The notes beneath the pieces are model-generated. The model was given only the letters and a program-made list of their open reading frames with translations, searched no databases and had not been told where the DNA came from. Position numbers and translations under genes: made by a program. From Oscillospiraceae bacterium (lineage in GTDB: Bacteria > Bacillota > Clostridia > Oscillospirales > Ruminococcaceae), in assembly GCA_017536405.1 (NCBI GenBank), contig JAFXHL010000026.1, positions 9,036-73,035 of the forward strand: 64,000 bases of DNA, given 5' to 3'. Positions 54,963-61,495 of this stretch are shown here, piece by piece (positions within the stretch are counted from its first letter, which is position 1; each line of letters opens with the position of its first letter).

Positions 54963-56393
54963 TTAAGCAGAGTGTCTTCTTTCTAAAAATCTTTTTGCTG
55001 TTTTTATAACCGCGCCGAAGTTTGCAACTGTGATATATAATGTTCCTGCGATTAAATAGTCTATCCAGCCGACAGGGATGACTATGAGAACTACGCACAT
55101 TAATATTATCACAACGAAATTGAGCGCTTCCTTAATCATATCCGTGCTGAAAGGAATCTGCTTTCGGCAGTCGATAAGTCTTATTATATAACAGGTGAGA
55201 TAGCTTACGAGTGTTGCAACACCTGCGCCCTGAATTCCCCATCTCTTTATTAAAATTATATTGAGGATGATATTCACAACCGCCGAGATAACGCTTGTGA
55301 AGAATGAGTTTCTTGTCTTTTTGGTAACATTATAAACGCTTGACAAAAACTGTGAGAAACACATCATTAAAACCGCAACTACAAGAATGGGCGTATAGCG
55401 GTAGCAGTAGCGGTAAAGTGGGTCTGTTTCATAATCGAGGAGAATTGCCGAAAGGGGAATTGAAAGTGCTATAAGCCAGGCCGCCGCGATATATAAAACC
55501 GATTGATATGCTTTATAGACATTTGTGTAGAAATTTTCAAGGTCTTCGGATTTACTTTCCATTATGGCGGACATATTCCAGGCCTGAAAGAAAATCGTTG
55601 AAACCATAGCGATGAGATTAGGGATTTTTGAAGCAGCCGAGTAGATACCCGTTGCTGTATCGCCTGTAAACTGATAGGAATAATCCATATATTTAAGAAA
55701 GAGTCTGTCAGAAAAGCCCGTTATAAGCCACATTATCGCTGTCGGAACAAGCGGTAACGAATATTTGAGCATTTTCTTTATCATCTCTTTGTCGATTTCT
55801 TTAAAAGAGAAGTATTTCCATAAACCTGCTACAAGGGTCAGTGTAAGACCCGAAACAAAGTCTGAAAGGATAACGGAAATCAGAAATCCCGTTACGCCGA
55901 GTTTACATATTGCAATAAAAATTATGTTGAAAACAAGGAGCATGAATGTTGCGAAAATTCCGTCAGCGGCAAAGAGTTTTACATATCCCTGTGACCTCAC
56001 AAAGTTTGAACAGAGTGAACGGAAACACGAACAGAAGATATAAAGATAGAGTAAAAATCCGTATCCGTCAAGGAATGAGAGAAGATTGAAAAGCGGTGAT
56101 AACAAAGCAAGCCCTGTAAGTCCCACAAGCATCATTATAGCCGCCGAGGTAAAAATCTTTTTCTTGCTGTATGTTTTTTTGAGACCATATCTTATAATCG
56201 CGTCCGCCATACAGAAGGTTACAACAGGGATGATAAAATTCGCCGTTGTTTCGATAAGTTCCTTTATCCCGAAACCTGCTGTGTCGATGAATTTCGAGTA
56301 AAGTCTTACTAAAAAGAAACTTAAAAATTTAGCACCGAAAGAACCTATTGCAAAGATTATTGTATTAGACGCAAGTTTTTTGTATTTATCCAT
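54963..56393 (-). CDS. MOP-superfamily flippase (Wzx / MurJ / SpoVB-like polysaccharide biosynthesis protein)
   Basis: About 476 aa with 12-14 TM segments. KKLASNTIIFAIGSFGAKFLSFFLVRLYS is a typical N-terminus. The ATG at 56393 follows GGGAG. Confidence 0.8.
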   Translation of the reverse strand: MDKYKKLASNTIIFAIGSFGAKFLSFFLVRLYSKFIDTAGFGIKELIETTANFIIPVVTFCMADAIIRYGLKKTYSKKKIFTSAAIMMLVGLTGLALLSPLFNLLSFLDGYGFLLYLYIFCSCFRSLCSNFVRSQGYVKLFAADGIFATFMLLVFNIIFIAICKLGVTGFLISVILSDFVSGLTLTLVAGLWKYFSFKEIDKEMIKKMLKYSLPLVPTAIMWLITGFSDRLFLKYMDYSYQFTGDTATGIYSAASKIPNLIAMVSTIFFQAWNMSAIMESKSEDLENFYTNVYKAYQSVLYIAAAWLIALSIPLSAILLDYETDPLYRYCYRYTPILVVAVLMMCFSQFLSSVYNVTKKTRNSFFTSVISAVVNIILNIILIKRWGIQGAGVATLVSYLTCYIIRLIDCRKQIPFSTDMIKEALNFVVIILMCVVLIVIPVGWIDYLIAGTLYITVANFGAVIKTAKRFLERRHSA

Positions 56394-56462
56394 TTTCTTG
56401 CTCCCGAAGATATTTTTTTGCATATATAAAGTTAGTATAACACATTTTAATCAAAAATGCAA

Positions 56463-56650
56463 CCGCGGTGCGAAGGGCGCACAGCCCATATCGTTACCAA
56501 CTTTGTTGTGAGAGTTGAAAAATGGCTCGGTTCGATAGAAAAGATAAATCGGAATTTTTGATTACAGAGCCCGTGGGGGCAATTCGTTACCAACTTTGTT
56601 ATAGAATTGAGTTCGTGGCTCGGAAACAACAAAAAGATAACCCGACAAAG
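56463..56650. repeat. Two module C-like units (93-nt period)
   Basis: TCGTTACCAACTTTGTT occurs at 56491 and 56584. Each is preceded by a GC hairpin and followed by (A/G)TGGCTCGG. Confidence 0.55.
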
Positions 56651-56817
56651 TTATTAGAAATCTGTTTGAGAAATAACGAGTGAGCGTAGATAAGAGTCAG
56701 TTCGTTGCCTCTTATTACCAGAAACGATTGCAGACGGGCAGTGTGCCGTCGCTCACGATTTGGTATAGCAAATTTTCGCATCGAAAGCGAAAATTTCAGG
56801 CACCACGCCCAGTGGTC

Positions 56818-56889
56818 GCATTTTGCCTTCTTTTTTGCGAAACAAAAAGAAGGTCGCACTCCGCAGAGTGCGAAACACTCTTTGCAAAA
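56818..56889. repeat. Module B (two adjacent hairpins)
   Basis: 69/72 identical to 61376..61447. Stem 1 is CCTTCTTTTT/AAAAAGAAGG. Stem 2 is GCACTC/GAGTGC here and GCACTT/AAGTGC in the partner. Confidence 0.85.
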
Positions 56890-56954
56890 CCTTATACAAA
56901 ACTACAAAATAAACCCCGTCGCCGAGCCTTAAATCCATTCCTCGAACGACTTCA

Positions 56955-56984
56955 AAACGATACGCCAGCGGGGGCTCCCCGCCA
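56955..56984. repeat. Module C GC-hairpin fragment, inverted
   Basis: AAAACGATACGCCAGCGGGGGCTCCCCGCC resembles the reverse complement of GGCGGGGAGCCCCCGCAGGCAATATCGTTT. Confidence 0.5.
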
Positions 56985-57296
56985 CTTTTGTAGGAATGAA
57001 CAAATGCAGGGACTTTATTTCCCTGCCTTTGCGCACTTGATACAAAAAAATTGCCTCAAACCCCGATTTTTAAGACTTTTTTCAATTTTCAGCCTCCGAA
57101 ATTTTCCTAATTTCTTCAAATTATTTCCATTAAATGTATATTTTAAGCCTTTTTTAGCCTTTTGCCCAATGGGGTAAAGGCTGTTTTTGGAAAAAACATC
57201 CAAAATCGGCTGTTTAAGACCTTTTTTAACCTTTTATGCCATTTATTTCCTTGTCGTTTTTGTAACAACTGCACAAAAGCGACTTTGCAAAGCCGT

Positions 57297-57325
57297 TTGA
57301 CATAAACAAAAAACTCTTATATAAT
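57297..57325 (+). promoter_or_regulatory. Consensus sigma-A promoter for the YabE-like gene
   Basis: TTGACA (57297..57302), 17 nt, TATAAT (57320..57325). Both hexamers are perfect. Confidence 0.7.
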
Positions 57326-57392
57326 TTACAAAATGGTTACAAACACACAAATCAGAGGTGCAAAGGATTTGCACCGAAAAGGAGTTATTGAT

Positions 57393-58451
57393 ATGAATTT
57401 CCGAATGATGCTTGATAAATTCAGGCGTGTATTTCTGGAACAGTATCTGGTGTTGACTATCTTTTCAATAATAGCCGCTATCCTCATATTATTTATGACA
57501 GGTCTTGCGGTGTTCAACACAAAAATCACGATATCTGACGGCGATAAGACAATCAGAGTTCTCTCACAGAAGGAAGACGTAGGGGAAATACTTACCGAAC
57601 ACGGAATAACACTCGGTGATTATGACGTTGTTACTTTTGGTTCTGAAAACAGAAATGACATTTCAGAGATTGTTATTAACCGCGCATTCGAAGTTCCCAT
57701 AACTGCCGACGGAAAGACAGTTACTGTATGGGCAACATCACTCGAAACAGTAGGATATATCCTCGATAAAGCGGATATTTCAATCGACGATGATGACCTC
57801 ATAAACATCAGCGTTGAAACTACTCTTGAAGAGGGAAACGAAATCGTGATACAGAGAGTTCTCAGAACGGTAGAAACGAAAGTCACAGCAATCCCTTATG
57901 AAACAGAAAACATAAAATCTTCTTTCTATAAGATGAATACAGAAACAGTTGTAACAGAAGGTGTTGACGGCGAGCTTACAACAATCGCCGAAACAACATA
58001 TATCGACGGAAAGCTTTCAGCTTTCAACATCATCAGCGAAGAAGTTACAACAGAGCCTGTAAACGAAGTTATTGCAACAGGAACAGCAAAGCGCACTCCC
58101 TGGTCAACCGCTAAGGAAGTCGAACTCGACGAAAACGGAATTCCCGTTTCCTACGAAAAGGTTATAACAGGAAAAGCAACCGCTTATTCTTCAAAGAGAC
58201 AGAGCCCTAAGGGCGCAAGCGGACAGCGTCTTTATGTCGGAACAGTTGCTGTAAACCCCGAAATCATTCCTTATGGAACAGAACTTTATATCGCATCCAC
58301 CGACGGCAAGATAGTTTATGGTTATGCCGTTGCTGCCGACACCGGAATCGCCCTTATGGACGGCAGAGTTTTAGTTGACGTATTCTGTGATTCTTATGCG
58401 TCAAGTTGTAAATGGGGCGCTCACCAAGTCAATGTCTATATTTTGGATTAG
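57393..58451 (+). CDS. YabE-like cell-wall protein (TM + DUF348 repeats + G5 + 3D/RlpA-like domain)
   Basis: DGDKTIRVLSQKEDVGEILTEHGITL (DUF348-like). VTAIPYETENI..VVTEGVDGELT (G5). GKATAYSS..GTVAVNPEIIPYGTELYI..YAVAADTG (3D). The ATG at 57393 follows AAAGGAG. Confidence 0.85.
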   Translation: MNFRMMLDKFRRVFLEQYLVLTIFSIIAAILILFMTGLAVFNTKITISDGDKTIRVLSQKEDVGEILTEHGITLGDYDVVTFGSENRNDISEIVINRAFEVPITADGKTVTVWATSLETVGYILDKADISIDDDDLINISVETTLEEGNEIVIQRVLRTVETKVTAIPYETENIKSSFYKMNTETVVTEGVDGELTTIAETTYIDGKLSAFNIISEEVTTEPVNEVIATGTAKRTPWSTAKEVELDENGIPVSYEKVITGKATAYSSKRQSPKGASGQRLYVGTVAVNPEIIPYGTELYIASTDGKIVYGYAVAADTGIALMDGRVLVDVFCDSYASSCKWGAHQVNVYILD

Positions 58452-58475
58452 GGTAAATAGTTAGCTAAGTCAAAA

Positions 58476-58508
58476 GCACCTGCGGATGAGAGACCGCAGG
58501 TGCTTTTG
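58476..58508 (+). terminator. Rho-independent terminator of the YabE-like gene
   Basis: 10-bp stem GCACCTGCGG/CCGCAGGTGC followed by TTTT. Confidence 0.75.
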
Positions 58509-58516
58509 CGTTGCCG

Positions 58517-58594
58517 CGTGGTCGCGGGCGGGGAGCCCCCGCAGGCAATATCGTTTCGCAGTGTATTTCAAGAAATAAAAAATGGCTCGGTAAC
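58517..58594. repeat. Module C, copy 1 (includes a 74-nt exact match to 61093..61166)
   Basis: 58521..58594 is identical to 61093..61166 (GTCGCGGGCGGGGAGCCCCCGCAGGCAATATCGTTTCGCAGTGTATTTCAAGAAATAAAAAATGGCTCGGTAAC). Confidence 0.9.
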
Positions 58595-58626
58595 GGAGAA
58601 ATCTGTTACCGAAGTTTTATTTCTGC

Positions 58627-58715
58627 GTGGTCGCGGGCGGGGAGCCCCCGCAGGCAGTTCGTTTCTGACTTTTATTATGAAAATAACTTCACCGCTCGGT
58701 AACGGAAAATCACAT
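58627..58715. repeat. Module C, tandem copy 2 (110-nt period)
   Basis: 58627..58656 is identical to 58517..58546. The remainder is diverged but keeps CGTTTC and GCTCGGTAACGG. Confidence 0.8.
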
Positions 58716-58772
58716 TGAAATACCCACTAATGAGCATAGCAGGAAATTAGTTCGTGGTTTCTTTATTTGCAG

Positions 58773-58812
58773 TAATATCGGCAACGGGCTATTCTGCCGT
58801 TGCGAATGGAAA
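58773..58812. repeat. Module A, partial third copy
   Basis: TAATATCGGCAACGGGCTATTCTGCCGTTGCGAATGG matches the start of 61289..61373 with one difference. Confidence 0.75.
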
Positions 58813-58874
58813 GAAACCAACCGCGAGCGCGTGAGCGAGCGGGGAGCCCCCGCGGGCAGATTTTAAAACTACGA

Positions 58875-58976
58875 TAAAACGAAAAGATTGTGCTTTATAC
58901 AAGGAAGTTTCCCGAAGTCGTACACGGGTACTACGAGGGGAACTGACGCGGTAAAAAGTGCAAGATTTTTGTTTTA
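58875..58976. repeat. Module D variant (same ends, different interior)
   Basis: Starts TAAAACGAAAAGA and ends TTTGTTTTA. The interior is replaced by other hairpins. Confidence 0.45.
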
Positions 58977-58996
58977 TTACCCCACAAAGTAAAAGA
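58966..58996. repeat. 31-nt exact repeat (partner at 23171..23201)
   Basis: Identical 31-mer. Confidence 0.85.
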
Positions 58997-59004
58997 TAAA
59001 AATA

Positions 59005-59035
59005 AATCCCCCACATTCGTGGGGGATTTTATTTT
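59005..59035 (+). terminator. Terminator-like hairpin (CCCCCACA stem family), not adjacent to any gene end
   Basis: Stem AATCCCCCAC/GTGGGGGATT followed by a T-rich tail. Confidence 0.5.
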
Positions 59036-59037
59036 CA

Positions 59038-59167
59038 TAAAACGAAAAGACGGGGTTTAGTTCAAGGCAACCGACCACGGAGCCCGTGGAGGCGTATTTT
59101 AAAAGCGAAAAAGATTATGCTTTATGTTAGGAAAACGAACGAAATAAGCCACGGATTTCTCGTTTTT
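59038..59167. repeat. Module D variant carrying an inserted ACCACGGAGCCCGTGGAGGC hairpin
   Basis: TAAAACGAAAAGACGGGGTTTAGTTCAAGGCAA..CGAAATAAGCCACGGATTTCTCGTTTT parallels 23240..23344. Confidence 0.55.
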
Positions 59168-59468
59168 CCCACACAGATGTGGGGGATATTTCATCAAGTG
59201 CTATCCATAAAACCCTTATATAAGGCGGAACAAATGCCGAAAATTCATGCGGAACCGAAATCTCAGAATTATGGAATTTCAAAAGCTCTTTTCCGAAAAA
59301 ATGAATTTCAATCTCGCCCTTTTCCTTGTCGATAAACCCCTCCATAACAGAGGTTATCTTGTCTTTCGACATGGTATTCTGCATAGCGATGTAACTTTCG
59401 CATAGCCCGAAAGTGGTAAAAAACAAAATAAGCGTTATCATAAAAGTGAGGATAAAAACTCTTTTCAT
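59127..59468 (-). CDS. Small hypothetical secreted/membrane protein downstream of spoIIP
   Basis: The ATG at 59468 follows AAGGAG. N-terminal hydrophobic MKRVFILTFMITLILFFTTFGLC. The last 45 or so codons run through repeat-derived sequence. Confidence 0.45.
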   Translation of the reverse strand: MKRVFILTFMITLILFFTTFGLCESYIAMQNTMSKDKITSVMEGFIDKEKGEIEIHFFGKELLKFHNSEISVPHEFSAFVPPYIRVLWIALDEISPTSVWEKREIRGLFRSFS

Positions 59469-59472
59469 ATAC

Positions 59473-60531
59473 TTACTCCTTAATCTCATAAAACGCAGAA
59501 ACAAGGGATTTTCCTAAGAGTTCCCCTGCTTTTTCCGCCTCTTCAACCGAATTTGCGTGGCCACCGATTTCTATCAAAAGCGAGCCGTCGGTCAAATCCT
59601 GATTATAGTTTTTATATGTAAAGAGTATGGGGCGACAAAACCCCTTATAATCATCATAGATATTTTTCTGGATAAGGCATGCAAGCCTGAAATTCTTGTC
59701 ATACCCCTCATAGTTACAGCCTGAAATTATCATAACCTGCGCTGCGGTTTCGCCGTCTTTTTCATAAACGGGAGCGACCCTCACTCCGCCCTCTCTTTCG
59801 ATAGCATCTCTATGAATATCAAGAACGATTTTTATATCGGGATTCTGTTTCAAGATGTTTTCGACTGTAACCCTGCTTCTGTCATAAGAGCCGTTATATG
59901 AAGGATAATCGTGTATCGTCTTGTCGTGGATGACGCCTATCCCCGCTTTTTCGAGTTCTTCTGTTATCTTTTCACCGACAGCGACAACATTGTATCTTTC
60001 ATCGGTTGTACGGGAAATGAATGAGTCATCATAGAAATCACGCGAATACGGCTCATAACTTTCTGTTGTGTGGGTGTGCATTATAAGAACTTCTTTTCTG
60101 CCGTCGCATATCATCTTGAAATCGGGGAGTATGAGGCTTTCTTTCATAAGATAATTATTCTTTACATCGGTTATATTACTTACCTGCGCACCGCCGTTCA
60201 AAGAGAAGAAATCGTCGCCTTTCTGCCTCCCGAAATTAAGTCTTAAAATCTCACCGCTGTTGTTTTCGATTTCTTCGGGGTATGGCAAGGGTGTGTTTTC
60301 ATAAGGGGTTTCTTCTTTTGTTTCTGTTATGGTTTCTTCTTTGTTGTTACCCTTTGAAATCATCTCGTTTTCAAAAAAGGTTATATGATAGTTTTCGTTT
60401 TTGTCCTCTTTTATAATAGTATTTTCCGCAGAAATCTCTCCGTTATTTATCGCCTTTGAAAAAAGCGGAATGGTCACTGTGAGAAGTGTTATTATGATAA
60501 CCCGTTTTAAAAATGTCCCCATATTTTTCAT
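59473..60531 (-). CDS. spoIIP: Stage II sporulation protein P (SpoIIP amidase/peptidase family)
   Basis: 352 aa. VLIMHTHTTESYEP, VLDIHRDA and LLIEIGGHANSVEEA are typical SpoIIP blocks. Confidence 0.9.
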   Translation of the reverse strand: MKNMGTFLKRVIIITLLTVTIPLFSKAINNGEISAENTIIKEDKNENYHITFFENEMISKGNNKEETITETKEETPYENTPLPYPEEIENNSGEILRLNFGRQKGDDFFSLNGGAQVSNITDVKNNYLMKESLILPDFKMICDGRKEVLIMHTHTTESYEPYSRDFYDDSFISRTTDERYNVVAVGEKITEELEKAGIGVIHDKTIHDYPSYNGSYDRSRVTVENILKQNPDIKIVLDIHRDAIEREGGVRVAPVYEKDGETAAQVMIISGCNYEGYDKNFRLACLIQKNIYDDYKGFCRPILFTYKNYNQDLTDGSLLIEIGGHANSVEEAEKAGELLGKSLVSAFYEIKE

Positions 60532-60597
60532 CTTATCACCTGCTTTTAAAAAATCTCCCCCATTAATAAATACGCCCTTGAATTCACAAATATTCTA

Positions 60598-60626
60598 TTG
60601 ACAGTTTTGGCTTTTTGCGTTAGACT
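60598..60626 (+). promoter_or_regulatory. Sigma-A type promoter for the 60660 gene
   Basis: TTGACA (60598..60603), 17 nt, TAGACT (60621..60626). Confidence 0.5.
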
Positions 60627-60659
60627 TTTCTTATATTATTTTTTCAAAGGAGAATTTTT

Positions 60660-61082
60660 ATGGATAAGACAAAATTCGGCATTACAGTCGGTGCACTTTC
60701 TGCAATAGGTTATCTCTGCGGATATCTCGGTATGACACCGATGATTATCTTCTTCGTTTTCACACTCGCTCTTTCTGCTGAAAGAGTTATCAAGGTAAAC
60801 GCTTTGCAGTCAATGCTCCTTTCATTCGTTTTCGTTCTTATAAAGATTGTTATGGGATGGCTTATTTCTCTCAACGGAAATATCGTTGAACTCGCTTATA
60901 AAATCAATGATACAGTCGGAAAGATTTTCGGTGGATTATCAGAATTCACACACGGCGTAAACGGATTTTTCGACATCGTTGAAACAGTTATCTTTATGAT
61001 TCTTATCTTTATGGCTTTCAGCGGAAAGATTGTAAAACTCCCCGTTATCTCAAAGATTGCCGAAAAGCATATCGCAGAGTAG
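60660..61082 (+). CDS. Small polytopic membrane protein, unknown function
   Basis: 140 aa with 4 predicted TM segments. AAAGGAG RBS. Confidence 0.7.
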   Translation: MDKTKFGITVGALSAIGYLCGYLGMTPMIIFFVFTLALSAERVIKVNALQSMLLSFVFVLIKIVMGWLISLNGNIVELAYKINDTVGKIFGGLSEFTHGVNGFFDIVETVIFMILIFMAFSGKIVKLPVISKIAEKHIAE

Positions 61083-61092
61083 CACGGAGCTC

Positions 61093-61166
61093 GTCGCGGG
61101 CGGGGAGCCCCCGCAGGCAATATCGTTTCGCAGTGTATTTCAAGAAATAAAAAATGGCTCGGTAAC
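61093..61166. repeat. Module C, exact 74-nt copy
   Basis: Identical to 58521..58594. Followed by hairpin GGTAACCG..CGGTTATC. Confidence 0.9.
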
Positions 61167-61288
61167 CGCATTTGTCGGTTATCGGGCTTTTTATTTTTGT
61201 GTGACCGGCAGGGAACAACATTTGATACACATACTAATGAGCGTATACAAAAAGTTCATGCGTGCAATGAAAAGTTATTTTTCATTCG

Positions 61289-61373
61289 TAATATCGGCAA
61301 CGGGCTACTCTGCCGTTGCGAATGGCAAGAGAATTACCGCTCACGCATGAGTGAGCGTAGCCCTCTGCAAGAG
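61289..61373. repeat. Module A
   Basis: Inverted partner of 10288..10372 (84/85). Confidence 0.85.
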
Positions 61374-61375
61374 GC

Positions 61376-61447
61376 GCATTTTGCCTTCTTTTTTGCGAAA
61401 TAAAAAGAAGGTCGCACTTCGCAAAGTGCGAAACACTCTTTGCAAAA
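61376..61447. repeat. Module B
   Basis: Partner of 56818..56889 (69/72, including one compensatory pair). Confidence 0.85.
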
Positions 61448-61461
61448 ATAATATTACACAA

Positions 61462-61495
61462 AAATATCCCCCACAAAAAGTGGGGGATTATTTTT
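61462..61495 (-). terminator. Bidirectional terminator at the ftsH 3' end (CCCCCACA stem family)
   Basis: Stem ATCCCCCAC/GTGGGGGAT with T-runs on both strands. Confidence 0.7.

Noticed and set aside
56680-57177. ORFs spanning the intergenic repeats (56680..57177, 10506..10805, 58500..58718, 61057..61350, 61197..61403)
   Set aside because: Their shared peptide strings (for example VAGGEPPQAISFRSVFQEIKNGSVT) only reflect the DNA repeats. They have no RBS and a basic, junk-like composition. The repeats occur in both orientations, so no single frame is conserved.
56424-57296. Replication origin or housekeeping ncRNA (RNase P, SRP, tmRNA, 6S) in the long ORF-free interval
   Set aside because: I saw no cluster of TTATCCACA-like DnaA boxes and no signature strings of these RNAs (for example GAAAGTCCGGGC, or GGGGCTGATTCTGGATTCGAC). 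The content is explained by dispersed repeat modules.
57326-57392. c-di-AMP (ydaO-type) riboswitch upstream of the YabE-like cell-wall gene
   Set aside because: Genes of this class are sometimes ydaO-regulated. Here the consensus promoter leaves only about 60 nt of leader, and I could not find the conserved ydaO segments further upstream.
58517-58715. Possible CRISPR array (also 10480..10635)
   Set aside because: Only two units per locus. The units are about 110 nt and internally structured, not 25-40 nt repeats with unique spacers. No cas genes are in the window.
60532-60597. Sigma-E/sigma-K sporulation promoter in front of spoIIP
   Set aside because: Only loose resemblance (GAATATT..TATTTAT). 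I cannot support a call by eye.
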